From: Xanthobacteraceae bacterium
GTDB lineage: Bacteria > Pseudomonadota > Alphaproteobacteria > Rhizobiales > Xanthobacteraceae
Length of the DNA: 58,697 nt
Assembly: GCA_050725815.1 (NCBI GenBank)
Contig: JBOHIG010000073.1
Coordinates: forward strand, 1-58,697
Direction of reading: 5' to 3'
The notes under the pieces are model-generated. The model worked only from the letters and a program-made list of their open reading frames with translations. It was not told the origin of the DNA and searched no databases. Below are positions 46,723-56,320 of this stretch, in pieces. Positions within the stretch are counted from its first letter, which is position 1, and each line of letters opens with the position of its first letter. A program made the translations under genes and the position numbers.

Positions 46723-47292
46723 TCAGGGCTTCTTCCAGAGTCCGATCAGGCCGGTCGCCTGCACCAGCTTGCCGGCCGATTTCTCGAAGAACTGCTCGCG
46801 CGTGAGCTTCGGCGGCAGGTCTTTCGCCCCATGCGTGGTCGCGATCAGCGTAAAGGTGTAGTGGTGCAACGGGCCGGGCGGAGTACACGGTCCGAGATAG
46901 ATGGTTTGCTTGTTGGAGCCGAGGCCGCCGACATATTTGGGCGAGTCCTTGCTGACCTCGCCCTCGGCGAAGCCGGTCACCGACACCGGGATGCCATAAG
47001 CGACCCAGTGCGACACACCCGCGCCGCCGCGGCCTTCCGGATCGAACATCAGGAGCGCAAGGCTGGTCGCCTTTTTCGGCACGCTGGTCCAGGCGAACGG
47101 CGGCGACACATTCTGGCCGACGCAGTTCTTGTTGCCCGGCCGCGAGCCGGCATTCTTCTGCTGCAACCATCCACCGTCCTTGAAGGCGGATGAGCTCAAG
47201 GTGAAATCCTGCGCCGACGCGGGCACTGCGATGCCAAGACCCGCCAACGCAAAGCCGCCCGCGAGGGCGACGCTTACAAACAGTCTGGTCAT
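46723..47292 (-). CDS. YbhB/YbcL-family (PEBP / Raf-kinase-inhibitor-like) periplasmic protein
   Basis: Internal ATG 47292. Signal peptide; 'NVSPPFAWTSVPKKATSLALLMFDPE...HWVAYGIP...PPGPLHHYTFTLIA'. Confidence 0.8.
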   Translation of the reverse strand: MTRLFVSVALAGGFALAGLGIAVPASAQDFTLSSSAFKDGGWLQQKNAGSRPGNKNCVGQNVSPPFAWTSVPKKATSLALLMFDPEGRGGAGVSHWVAYGIPVSVTGFAEGEVSKDSPKYVGGLGSNKQTIYLGPCTPPGPLHHYTFTLIATTHGAKDLPPKLTREQFFEKSAGKLVQATGLIGLWKKP

Positions 47293-47495
47293 TTGAGGAT
47301 ACCTCCCTGCGGCCGTTCTGCCGCAACCCGAGTGTACCGGGCGGCCGCAGTTGCGCAATCGGCGACTCGGACGAAGACGCCGCGGACATCGGCACGTCGC
47401 TGCTGCGGACGCGCTATTCCGCCCGGGCCACTCCACTAGCCGCGCCCGATTCTATCTGGCAAGGTCGACCGTCGGTCGGTCGGTGCCCGGGGCGT

Positions 47496-48866
47496 ATGCT
47501 TTTCAACTCGTATCAATTTCTGCTGGTGTTTCTGCCGGCGGCGATCCTGATCTACTGGTTTGCCGACCGCAGCGACCGCGCCCGCAACTGGACGCTGATC
47601 GCCCTGTCACTGGCCTTCTACGGTTATTGGGACGTGCGGCTGCTGCCGCTGATGATTGCGTCGATCCTGGTCAACTGGTGGGTCGCGTGGCTGTACGCCG
47701 CGAGCAGGCAGCGCATCTTCATCACCGTCGCGATCGTCGCAAACCTGCTGGTGCTGGCCGTCTTCAAGTATGCGAATTTCTTCGCGGAGAGCCTGTCGGG
47801 ACTGCTCGATATCCCGTCCACGCCGCTCGACCTCGTGCTGCCGCTCGGCATCTCGTTCTTCACCTTTCACCACATCATGTACCTCGTCGACCTCGGGCGC
47901 GGCAAAGCGACGACGTATCCGCTCGACCGCTACGCGCTCTACATCTGCTTTTTCCCGCAGGTTCTGTCCGGTCCGCTGGTGCGCTGGTCGGAGGTCATGC
48001 ACCAGTTCGGGCGCAAGACCTTCGTTCCGGGTCATGCGCGGCGCTGCGTGTTCGGCTTGACGCTGATCACGCTCGGGCTGGTGCAGAAGGTGTATCTCGG
48101 CGACCGGCTCGCCAGCCAGGTGAACCGCGTCTACGAGAAGATCGCCGAGGGAGCGATCACGGCGTCGGAAGCCTGGGTGGCGGTGCTCGGCTTCACGTTC
48201 CAGATCTTCTTCGATTTTTCCGGCTACACCGACATCGCGATCGGGACGGCGCTCATCTTCGGGATCGTGCTGCCGCTCAACTTCGACTCACCCTATCGCG
48301 CGGCCAGCATCCGCGACTTCTGGCGCCGCTGGCATATGACTCTCTCGCGCTTCCTGCGCGACTACCTCTACATCCCGCTGGGCGGCAACCGCTTCGGCCT
48401 GCCGCATCAGGTCATGGCGCTGCTGGTGACCATGACGCTCGGCGGCCTATGGCATGGCGCCGGCTGGACCTTCGTGATCTGGGGACTGCTGCACGGCATC
48501 GCGCTGACGGCGGTGCACCTGTGGACGCGCTTCCTGCCGCCGCTCCCGTTGCTGCTTGGCTGGGCGCTCACATTCGTATTCGTGGTGGCGACCTGGGTGT
48601 TCTTTCGAGCGCCGACCTTCGATGTCGCCTGGCGCATGTTCGGGTCACTGCTTGGCGACCCGCAGTTCACCACCGAGCGGGGCTGGCGCACCATCGGCGT
48701 CGCGGCATTCTGCGCCATCGTATTGCCGGCAAGCTATCGGATCGCACAATGGCTGACGAAGCGCCCGAGCTATGTCGTCGCTCTCGTCCTCGGAGTGGCG
48801 GGCGCTGCGATCTTGTTCGAGCTTGGACAGGAAAAGGCGTATGAGTTCATCTACTTCCGATTTTGA
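47496..48866 (+). CDS. MBOAT-family membrane O-acyltransferase (AlgI/DltB/PatA-like), copy 1
   Basis: 'MLFNSYQFLLVFLP...', 'ISFFTFHHIMYLVD', 'FWRRWHMTLSRFLRDYLYIPLGGNR', 'LGGLWHGAGW'. Confidence 0.9.
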   Translation: MLFNSYQFLLVFLPAAILIYWFADRSDRARNWTLIALSLAFYGYWDVRLLPLMIASILVNWWVAWLYAASRQRIFITVAIVANLLVLAVFKYANFFAESLSGLLDIPSTPLDLVLPLGISFFTFHHIMYLVDLGRGKATTYPLDRYALYICFFPQVLSGPLVRWSEVMHQFGRKTFVPGHARRCVFGLTLITLGLVQKVYLGDRLASQVNRVYEKIAEGAITASEAWVAVLGFTFQIFFDFSGYTDIAIGTALIFGIVLPLNFDSPYRAASIRDFWRRWHMTLSRFLRDYLYIPLGGNRFGLPHQVMALLVTMTLGGLWHGAGWTFVIWGLLHGIALTAVHLWTRFLPPLPLLLGWALTFVFVVATWVFFRAPTFDVAWRMFGSLLGDPQFTTERGWRTIGVAAFCAIVLPASYRIAQWLTKRPSYVVALVLGVAGAAILFELGQEKAYEFIYFRF

Positions 48867-49866
48867 GCGCGATCTGGCGCTGGATGCGAGCGCCGACCCG
48901 CGCTGGCGGCGCTGGATTGCGCTCTATCTGGCCGTAGCCGTCGGAGCGACCGGCATCTGTTTCCTGGCTCTGGTGCTGCTCGACCCGTTCTCCACCGGAC
49001 GGCTGACGCCGATCAAGTCGTTCAACATCACCACGTCCTATCGAATCCTGGCGCATGCGGGGCGCATCCGAAATCCCGCCTTCGACTCCGCCATCATCGG
49101 CAACTCACGCAGCTTCCCGATCGAGCCAGCGCGGCTCAGCGCGTTGACCGGGCACCGCATTGTCAACCTTGCCATGCCGGGCATGTACCCGCCTGAGCAG
49201 TTGTTCTTCGTGGAGACATTCGTGCGGCAGCATCGCGGGAGCGCGCCGCTGATCATCTGGCAGTTGGACGTCGCCTGGTGCCAAAGCGAGCAGCGGCACA
49301 CGGAGTACGACATTCCGAAATGGGTCTATGCGGAATCGGACTTCGAATACCTCCGCCACATCGTATCGCGCACGGCGTTGCGCGCTGCTTACGCGAGGCT
49401 GCAGATCCTGCTCGGACTCAAGAAAGATGCCGCGCGCCTGGACGGGTATGAGCCTTGGATCCCGGACGACGTGCCGGCCCGACGCGCGGCGATGCTGAAG
49501 GCGCCAGCGCAAACGTATGGCGAGCCGGTGAGCGACCCGTTTCCCAATCTCGACGCCCTTAAGACGGGACTGGCCGCGATCGAGCCGGCATCGCCGGTGG
49601 TGCTGTGGTTTCCACCGGTCTATGTCGGCGCCCTGCCGGTACCGGGCAGTGCCGCCGAGGCGCGTCTCGCCGAGTGCAGAGCCCGACTGCGCGCCATCGT
49701 CGCGGGGCGGCCGCACACGGAACTCGTCGATCTCTGGAAGGACGCGCCGGGCCTGCACGATCCCGACAATTTCATCGACCATATGCACTTCCTCGATCCG
49801 GTGGCGCGCGATGTCGAGCGCGTGCTCGCCGAGCACATTCGCACGCTCGCGCCGCGGCCGCGCTGA
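48841..49866 (+). CDS. Membrane-anchored hypothetical protein with SGNH-like GNS and DxxH motifs (putative MBOAT partner), copy 1
   Basis: ATG 48841 overlaps the MBOAT-1 3' end by 26 nt. TM 'WIALYLAVAVGATGICFLALVLL'; 'AIIGNSRS'; C-terminal 'NFIDHMHF'. Confidence 0.7.
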   Translation: MSSSTSDFERDLALDASADPRWRRWIALYLAVAVGATGICFLALVLLDPFSTGRLTPIKSFNITTSYRILAHAGRIRNPAFDSAIIGNSRSFPIEPARLSALTGHRIVNLAMPGMYPPEQLFFVETFVRQHRGSAPLIIWQLDVAWCQSEQRHTEYDIPKWVYAESDFEYLRHIVSRTALRAAYARLQILLGLKKDAARLDGYEPWIPDDVPARRAAMLKAPAQTYGEPVSDPFPNLDALKTGLAAIEPASPVVLWFPPVYVGALPVPGSAAEARLAECRARLRAIVAGRPHTELVDLWKDAPGLHDPDNFIDHMHFLDPVARDVERVLAEHIRTLAPRPR

Positions 49867-49942
49867 AGGGGCATCGCGGGACTTGTCCGCCAAATGACGA
49901 TCTGGCAGGGTCCGCCCGCCGCGTCATGAGTGCCGACAGCAA

Positions 49943-51325
49943 ATGTTGTTCAATACCTACGGGTTCCTGCTGGTCTTCCTGCCCGCGGCGCTCCTGATCT
50001 ATTGGTTTGCCGACAAGAGTGAGCGCTGGCGCACCTGGGTGCTGGTCGCGCTGTCGTGCGTGTTCTACAGCTACTGGGACGTGCGCTTCCTGCCGCTGAT
50101 GATCGGCTCCATCCTGTTCAATTGGTGGATGGCCAATCTTTACGCCGCAACCAAGAAGCACATCCTCATCAAGGCGGCGATCGTCGGCAATCTGCTCGTC
50201 CTCGCCTTCTTCAAATACACGAACTTCCTCGCCGACACTTTCACGATCCTGCTGGGCGCGCAGATATCGCATCTGTCGCTGGCGCTGCCGCTCGGCATCT
50301 CGTTCTTCACCTTCCACCACATCATGTACCTGGTCGATCTCGGCCGCGGTAAGGCGCCGACCTATTCGCTCGACCGCTACGCGCTCTACATCTGCTTTTT
50401 CCCGCAGGCTATCGCTGGCCCGATCGCACGTTGGAGCGAGGTCATCCATCAGTTCGGTCACCGCGTTTTCGCGCCGGGATGGGAGCGGCGCGCCGCGCTG
50501 GGCGCGATCTTCATTATCATCGGTCTGGCGCAGAAGACGTTGCTTGCCGATCCGATTGGCAAGGCGATCGACCCGATCTATGCGCAAGCGCTGACCGGGG
50601 AACTGATACCGGGGCGCGCCTGGCTTACATTGGGCTTCGCGTTCCAGGTGTTCTTTGACTTCTCCGCCTATTCCGACATCGCCATCGGGCTGGCATTGCT
50701 CTTCGGCGTGAAGCTTCCGATCAATTTCGACGCGCCATTCCGCGCCACCACGATCCTGGACTTCTGGCAACGCTGGCACATGACGCTCGGGCGTTTCCTG
50801 CGCGACTACGTATTCATGCCGCTGTCGAACATTCAAATCGGCGGCCGCGCGCTGCGGACCACGCGCCTGCTGGTGGCGCTGCTCCTGACCATGGCGATTT
50901 GCGGGCTCTGGCACGGCGCCGGCTGGACCTATGTGTTGTGGGGCACGTTGCAGGGCGTCGCCATGGTGACCGCGGCGATATGGCGGCGCTACGGGCCGCC
51001 GCTGCCGTCCATGATCGGCTGGGCGCTGACGATCGGCTTCTTCGTCATCACCTCGGTCTTCTTCCGGGCAGGCTCGCTCGAAGCGGTGTGGCGCATCTAC
51101 GACGGCTTGGCGTACATTCCGAGCTGGGCCAGCTCGCAGAATCGCGATGCCGTCCTCATCGGCGCCATCGCGGCGGTCGCGCTGCCGGCTACGCACAAGC
51201 TCGTCGAGCCGCTAGCCAGGATTCCACGGCAGGTCACTGCCGTGGGGCTGGCAGTGCTCGCGATGGTCGCCATGGCGGCGATCGCGGGCCAATCGAACTT
51301 TGAATTCGTGTACTTTCAGTTCTAA
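49943..51325 (+). CDS. MBOAT-family membrane O-acyltransferase, copy 2
   Basis: About two-thirds identical to copy 1 by eye over the N-terminal half. It has 'WQRWHMTLGRFLRDYVFMPLSNIQIGGRA', so the PLGGNR motif is altered. Confidence 0.9.
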   Translation: MLFNTYGFLLVFLPAALLIYWFADKSERWRTWVLVALSCVFYSYWDVRFLPLMIGSILFNWWMANLYAATKKHILIKAAIVGNLLVLAFFKYTNFLADTFTILLGAQISHLSLALPLGISFFTFHHIMYLVDLGRGKAPTYSLDRYALYICFFPQAIAGPIARWSEVIHQFGHRVFAPGWERRAALGAIFIIIGLAQKTLLADPIGKAIDPIYAQALTGELIPGRAWLTLGFAFQVFFDFSAYSDIAIGLALLFGVKLPINFDAPFRATTILDFWQRWHMTLGRFLRDYVFMPLSNIQIGGRALRTTRLLVALLLTMAICGLWHGAGWTYVLWGTLQGVAMVTAAIWRRYGPPLPSMIGWALTIGFFVITSVFFRAGSLEAVWRIYDGLAYIPSWASSQNRDAVLIGAIAAVALPATHKLVEPLARIPRQVTAVGLAVLAMVAMAAIAGQSNFEFVYFQF

Positions 51326-51348
51326 AAGCGTCGTCGGGCAAGCGACAG

Positions 51349-52371
51349 ATGAGCACCGCCGAATTGACCGATGACGTTGACTTGAGCCGCCGCTGGCGGC
51401 GCTGGCTGATTACGCTCGTCTCGATCATCGCGGGCACCATGGCCTTGGTCTACGGCGGCGTGTTGTTGCTCGACCCGTTCTCCACCGGCCGCTTCACGCC
51501 GATCAAGCGGATCGACATCGCCACAAAGAACATCACCATGGGCCATGTCGCCCGCGTCCGCGATCTTCGCTTCGATGCCGCCATCGTCGGCAATTCCCAT
51601 GCGGTGACGTTCGATCCCGGACGGCTCAGCGTGCTCACGGGGCGAACCTTCGCGCAGTTGTCCTCGCCCGGCTACGGGGCGCGCGAGCAGTTCGTCGTGA
51701 CCCGCGCGTTCGTTCGCGAGCGGCGCGGCCGCGCGCCCGCGCTGGTCCTGGTGCTCGACCGGCAGGCATGCGCGCCGGACGAGAACCTGGCGCGGTTCGG
51801 CGACAGCTTTCCGGACTATCTGTTCGAGGAGTCACGGCTCAACTATTTGCGCCGCATCTTCTTTCCGGAGGCGATCCGTTCGGCCGGCTATCGCTTGCTG
51901 ATGCTGATGGGCTTCGCGCGCGACCGCCAGCCGCGAGACGGCGTCGATGCCGGCGCATTGAAGGCGATGCAGGGCCTATCACCCCGGCACCGGGCGGAGA
52001 TCGAGGCGCTCAGGCGCCCGACCAGCAGCCCCCCGCACGGCGCGCCGTTCCCGGCGGTCGCGTTCTGGCGGAGCTTCCTCGCGGGGCTCGATGCGGAGAC
52101 GCGCTTGGTCCTGTATTTCGGGCCGTTGCCGATCGGCCGGTTGCCGCTGCCGGGCAGCGCGGCTGAGGCCCGGCTTGCCGCCTGCAAGGCAGCCTACCGC
52201 AAGCTCGCGGTCGAGCGGCCTCACACCGTACTGATCGACCGCTGGATCGACCACGCCTTCGCGCGCGACATCGGCAATTTCACCGACACCGACCACTTCC
52301 GCAGCGGGCTGGCGACAAACCTGGAGCCAGAGATCGCGGCGGCGTTAAAGCACGCGCTATCGGAGCGGTAG
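51349..52371 (+). CDS. Membrane-anchored hypothetical protein with SGNH-like GNS and DxxH motifs (putative MBOAT partner), copy 2
   Basis: 'RWRRWLITLVSIIAGTMALVYGGVLLLDPFSTGRFTPIK' parallels copy 1; 'AIVGNSHA'; C-terminal 'NFTDTDHF'. Confidence 0.7.
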   Translation: MSTAELTDDVDLSRRWRRWLITLVSIIAGTMALVYGGVLLLDPFSTGRFTPIKRIDIATKNITMGHVARVRDLRFDAAIVGNSHAVTFDPGRLSVLTGRTFAQLSSPGYGAREQFVVTRAFVRERRGRAPALVLVLDRQACAPDENLARFGDSFPDYLFEESRLNYLRRIFFPEAIRSAGYRLLMLMGFARDRQPRDGVDAGALKAMQGLSPRHRAEIEALRRPTSSPPHGAPFPAVAFWRSFLAGLDAETRLVLYFGPLPIGRLPLPGSAAEARLAACKAAYRKLAVERPHTVLIDRWIDHAFARDIGNFTDTDHFRSGLATNLEPEIAAALKHALSER

Positions 52372-52375
52372 AGTC

Positions 52376-52464
52376 GTAGCCCGGATGAGCGGAAGCGAAA
52401 TCCGGGAACGGCAGAGCCGGATTGCAATGCTGCTCCCGCATTTCGCTTCGCTCATGCGGGCTAC
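52376..52464. repeat. REP-like inverted repeat pair (gtagcccggatgagcggaagcgaaatccggg ... cccgcatttcgcttcgctcatgcgggctac)
   Basis: Arms at 52376-52406 and 52435-52464 read directly; between convergent genes. Confidence 0.8.
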
Positions 52465-52490
52465 GCATATGCGGACGATAAGAGCTCCGA

Positions 52491-53510
52491 TCAGTTCCGG
52501 CTCTTGTCCACCATCGCGCGTTGTTTGATCCAAGGCATCATGGCGCGCAGCTTGGCGCCGACTTCCTCGATCGGATGCGCGGCATTCTTCGCCCGCATCG
52601 CCTTGAACGAGGTCTGGTTGACGCGGTTCTCCAGCATCCAGTCCTTGACGAATTTGCCCGACTGGATGTCGGCGAGGATCTTCTTCATCTCGGCGCGCGC
52701 CGCATCGCCGACCACGCGCGGACCGGAAACATATTGGCCGTACTCGGCGGTGTTCGAGACCGAATAGTCCATGGTGGCGATGCCGCCCTCGTAGATCAGG
52801 TCGACGATCAGCTTCACCTCGTGCACGCACTCGAAATAGGCCATCTCGGGCGCATAGCCGGCCTCGACCAGCGTCTCGTAGCCGGCCTTCATCAACTCGA
52901 CGAGGCCGCCGCACAGCACCGACTGTTCGCCGAACAGGTCGGTTTCGCATTCCTCGCGGAAGGTCGTCTCGATGATGCCGGCGCGGCCGCCGCCGATCGC
53001 CGAGCCGTAGGAGATCGTCAGGTCGTGGGCGTTGCCGGAGGCATCGCGATGCACGGCCATCAGCACCGGCACGCCGGCGCCGCGCTGATATTCTGCCCGC
53101 ACCGTATGGCCGGGACCTTTGGGCGCGATCATCATCACGTCGAGGTCTTCGCGCGGCTCGATCAGGTTGAAGTGGATGTTGAGGCCGTGCGCGAACATCA
53201 GCGCCGCGCCCTTCTTCATGTTGTCGTGCATGTGATTGTAGTAGATCTCATGCTGCAACTCGTCGGGCGTCAGCATCATCATCACGTCGGCCCATTTGGC
53301 GGCGTCGGCGACCTCCATCACCTTGAGCTTCTCGCCCTCCGCCTTCTTGACGCCGGCCGAGCCCTTGCGCAGCGCCACCGCCACGTTCTTGACGCCGGAA
53401 TCGCGCAGGTTGAGCGCATGGGCGTGGCCCTGGCTGCCATAGCCGATAACGGCGACCTTCTTGCCCTTGATCAGGTTCAGGTCGGCGTCGCGATCGTAAT
53501 AAACACGCAT
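52491..53510 (-). CDS. ilvC: Ketol-acid reductoisomerase
   Basis: '[39 protein letters not shown]'. ATG 53510 lies inside track ORF 52491..53561. Confidence 0.95.
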   Translation of the reverse strand: MRVYYDRDADLNLIKGKKVAVIGYGSQGHAHALNLRDSGVKNVAVALRKGSAGVKKAEGEKLKVMEVADAAKWADVMMMLTPDELQHEIYYNHMHDNMKKGAALMFAHGLNIHFNLIEPREDLDVMMIAPKGPGHTVRAEYQRGAGVPVLMAVHRDASGNAHDLTISYGSAIGGGRAGIIETTFREECETDLFGEQSVLCGGLVELMKAGYETLVEAGYAPEMAYFECVHEVKLIVDLIYEGGIATMDYSVSNTAEYGQYVSGPRVVGDAARAEMKKILADIQSGKFVKDWMLENRVNQTSFKAMRAKNAAHPIEEVGAKLRAMMPWIKQRAMVDKSRN

Positions 53511-53592
53511 GGTCCGCGGTCCTTGTGTAGCGTGACGAACTGATGGCGGCAGAAACGGCAAACGGCGGCGAAAATCAAGCGCTAACCGTCTT

Positions 53593-54132
53593 TTACATCC
53601 CCTCGGGGCCGCGCGCGATCGCGACGATGCCGGTGCGCGAGACCTCGACCAGCCCGAGCGGCAGCATCAGCGCGATGAAGCTTTCGATCTTGTCGGAGGC
53701 GCCGGTGATCTCGAACACGAAGCTCTCGGTGCCGGCGTCGATGACGCGCGCGCGGAAGGCGTCGGCGAGCCGCAGCGCCTCGACCCGGTTCTCGCCGGCG
53801 CCGCGCACCTTGACCATGGCCAGCTCGCGCTGGATCGGCTGCTTCAGCAGCGTCATGTCGACCACACGGTGCACCGGAACCAGCCGCTCGAGCTGGTTCT
53901 TGATCTGCTCGATCACCATCGGCGTACCGCGGGTGGCGATGGTGATGCGCGACAGGTGCTTCTCGTGCTCGGTCTCCGACACCGTGAGCGAGTCGATGTT
54001 GTAGCCGCGGCCGGAGAACAGGCCGATGACGCGCGCCAGCACGCCGGGCTCGTTGTCGACGATCACCGCCAGCGTGTGGTTTTCAATGCCCTGCGCGGCG
54101 GGCGCGGCGGGATAATGAGAGGTCGTTGTCAT
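53593..54132 (-). CDS. ilvH: Acetolactate synthase small (regulatory) subunit
   Basis: '[37 protein letters not shown]'. ATG 54132; the track ORF reads on through the REP element to 54345. Confidence 0.9.
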   Translation of the reverse strand: MTTTSHYPAAPAAQGIENHTLAVIVDNEPGVLARVIGLFSGRGYNIDSLTVSETEHEKHLSRITIATRGTPMVIEQIKNQLERLVPVHRVVDMTLLKQPIQRELAMVKVRGAGENRVEALRLADAFRARVIDAGTESFVFEITGASDKIESFIALMLPLGLVEVSRTGIVAIARGPEGM

Positions 54133-54145
54133 CGTGTTCACGCCA

Positions 54146-54330
54146 CTTGCTCCGTTACCCTCTCCCCTTGCGGGAGAGGGTGGCGCCGAACGAAGTGAGG
54201 CGCCGGGTGAGGGGTAACAAATAGGCCGTGCGCGAGGAAGGCACCCCTCACCCGGCTCGCTTCGCTCGCCACCCTCTCCCAGCATAAGGGCGTTCACGCT
54301 CGTCCGCGACGGGCTATGGGGAGAGGGTGG
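54146..54330. repeat. Composite of three REP-like units forming long alternative hairpins in the ilvI-ilvH spacer
   Basis: Pairings: ccctctccc/gggagaggg (54158-80); ccgggtgagggg/cccctcacccgg (about 54203-15 with 54244-56); ccaccctctccc/gggagagggtgg (about 54279-90 with 54319-30). Confidence 0.8.
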
Positions 54331-54354
54331 CGGAGTTTGCCGCATGCTCCGCCA

Positions 54355-56142
54355 TCACACCATCACCTTGCCTTCCTCGGTGACCGCCTCCTCGATGTCC
54401 TTGGCGGCGCCGCCGAGCAGCATCTCGTTGTGCGCACGTCCCGACGGGATCATCGGGAAGCAGTTCTCGTTCGGATCGACCCGGCAATCGAAGATCACCG
54501 GCCGCTTGACCTTGATCATCTCCCTGATCGCGCCGTCGAGATCGCCGGGCTTCTCGCAGCGCATGCCGACCGCATGAAAGCCCTCCGCAAGCTTCACGAA
54601 GTCCGGCAGCGCCTCGGTGTAGGAGTGCGCGTAGCGGCCGCCGTGCAGCAGCTCCTGCCACTGGCGCACCATGCCCATGTACTGGTTGTTGATGATGAAG
54701 ATCTTGATCGGCAGGTCGTACTGCACCGCCGTCGACATCTCCTGCATGGTCATCAGCACCGAGGCCTCGCCGGCGATATCGATCACCAGCGAGTTCGGAT
54801 GCGCGAGCTGCACGCCGACGGCGGCCGGCAGCCCGTAGCCCATGGTGCCGAGACCGCCCGAGGTCATCCAGCGGTTGGGTTCCTCGAAGTGGAAGAACTG
54901 CGCCGCCCACATCTGGTGCTGGCCGACCTCGGTGGTGATGTAGACGTCCTTGTCCTTGGTCAGCTCGTAGAGCCGCTGGATCGCGTATTGCGGCTTGATG
55001 ATGTCGTCGGAGTTCGTATAGGCGAGCGATTGCCGCGCCCGCCAGCGTTCGATCTGCTTCCACCATGCGGCGAGCGCCGCCTTGTCGGGCGCGGCCTTCT
55101 CTGCACGCCAGAGCGCGATCATGTCCGCGAGCACGCTCGCGCAATCGCCGATGATCGGCACGTCGACCTTGACGTTCTTGTTGATCGAGGATGGGTCGAT
55201 GTCGACATGGATCTTCTTCGAGCCGGGCGAGAAGGCGTCGAGCCGTCCGGTGATGCGGTCGTCGAAACGCGCTCCGATGCAGATCATCACGTCGCAATCG
55301 TGCATCGACCAGTTCGCTTCCCAGGTGCCGTGCATGCCGAGCATGCCGACCCATTGCGCCCCGGAGGCGTTGTAGGCGCCGAGCCCCATCAGCGTGGAGG
55401 TGATGGGAAAGCCGGTAAGCTTGACGAGCTCGCGCAGCAGCCGGCTCGCCTCCGGGCCGGAATTGATGATGCCGCCGCCGGTGTAGAACAGCGGCCGCTT
55501 GGCGGCGCGCATCATCTCGACCGCGGTCCTGATCCGCTCTGGATCGCCCTTGATCCGCGGCTTGTAACCCTTGTGCGCGATCTCCTTTGGCTTCGAATAG
55601 AGACCCTTGGCGAACTGGATGTCCTTCGGGATGTCGACCACCACCGGTCCAGGCCGCCCGCTCCTGGCGATATGGAACGCCTCGTGCAGCACGCGCGGCA
55701 GGTCGGCGATGCTCTTCACCAAGTAGTTGTACTTGGTGCAGGGCCGCGTGATGCCGACGGTGTCGCATTCCTGGAAGGCGTCGTTGCCGATCAGATGCGT
55801 CGGCACCTGTCCCGTAATGCAGACGATCGGGATCGAGTCGCAGAGCGCGTCGGTGAGGCCGGTGACCGCATTGGTCGCGCCGGGACCGGACGTGACCAGC
55901 ACGCAGCCGACCTTGCCGGTCGAGCGCGCATAGCCTTCGGCGGCGTGCACCGCGCCCTGCTCGTGACGCACCAACACGTGCTGGAGCCGGTTCGACTGCT
56001 GGAACAGCGCATCGTAGATCGGCAGCACCGCGCCGCCCGGATAGCCGAAGATGTGCTCGACGCCCTGGTCGGCGAGCGCTTCGATCACCATGTCGGCGCC
56101 GGTCATTTCCCTGCCGCTGTTCTCTTTTGCTTCTTTCGCCAT
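54355..56142 (-). CDS. ilvI: Acetolactate synthase large (catalytic) subunit, biosynthetic type
   Basis: 'MTGADMVIEALADQGVEHIFGYPGGAVLPIYDALF...GLGTMGYGLPAAVG' with a ThDP motif. Start at 56142 (alternatives 56166 and 56103). Confidence 0.95.
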   Translation of the reverse strand: MAKEAKENSGREMTGADMVIEALADQGVEHIFGYPGGAVLPIYDALFQQSNRLQHVLVRHEQGAVHAAEGYARSTGKVGCVLVTSGPGATNAVTGLTDALCDSIPIVCITGQVPTHLIGNDAFQECDTVGITRPCTKYNYLVKSIADLPRVLHEAFHIARSGRPGPVVVDIPKDIQFAKGLYSKPKEIAHKGYKPRIKGDPERIRTAVEMMRAAKRPLFYTGGGIINSGPEASRLLRELVKLTGFPITSTLMGLGAYNASGAQWVGMLGMHGTWEANWSMHDCDVMICIGARFDDRITGRLDAFSPGSKKIHVDIDPSSINKNVKVDVPIIGDCASVLADMIALWRAEKAAPDKAALAAWWKQIERWRARQSLAYTNSDDIIKPQYAIQRLYELTKDKDVYITTEVGQHQMWAAQFFHFEEPNRWMTSGGLGTMGYGLPAAVGVQLAHPNSLVIDIAGEASVLMTMQEMSTAVQYDLPIKIFIINNQYMGMVRQWQELLHGGRYAHSYTEALPDFVKLAEGFHAVGMRCEKPGDLDGAIREMIKVKRPVIFDCRVDPNENCFPMIPSGRAHNEMLLGGAAKDIEEAVTEEGKVMV

Positions 56143-56177
56143 CGCCCGCTCCAAACCTCGGATCATGCCCAGGAATC

Positions 56178-56197
56178 AAAAAGGGCCGCGAAGGCCC
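56178..56197 (-). terminator. Intrinsic terminator inside the ilvI 5' leader (candidate attenuator)
   Basis: Minus strand: GGGCC-ttcgc-GGCCC-TTTTTG, ending 36 nt before the ilvI ATG. Confidence 0.65.
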
Positions 56198-56320
56198 TGC
56201 TGCGCACCGCCAACGCGAGGGGGTCCTAGCCACCCGCGGCGGTGCGCCTGCCTACCACCATTACCGGCTCGGTAATTTTATTGCGCATTTAAGACCACAT
56301 TCGCCATTTACTTGCGCGAC

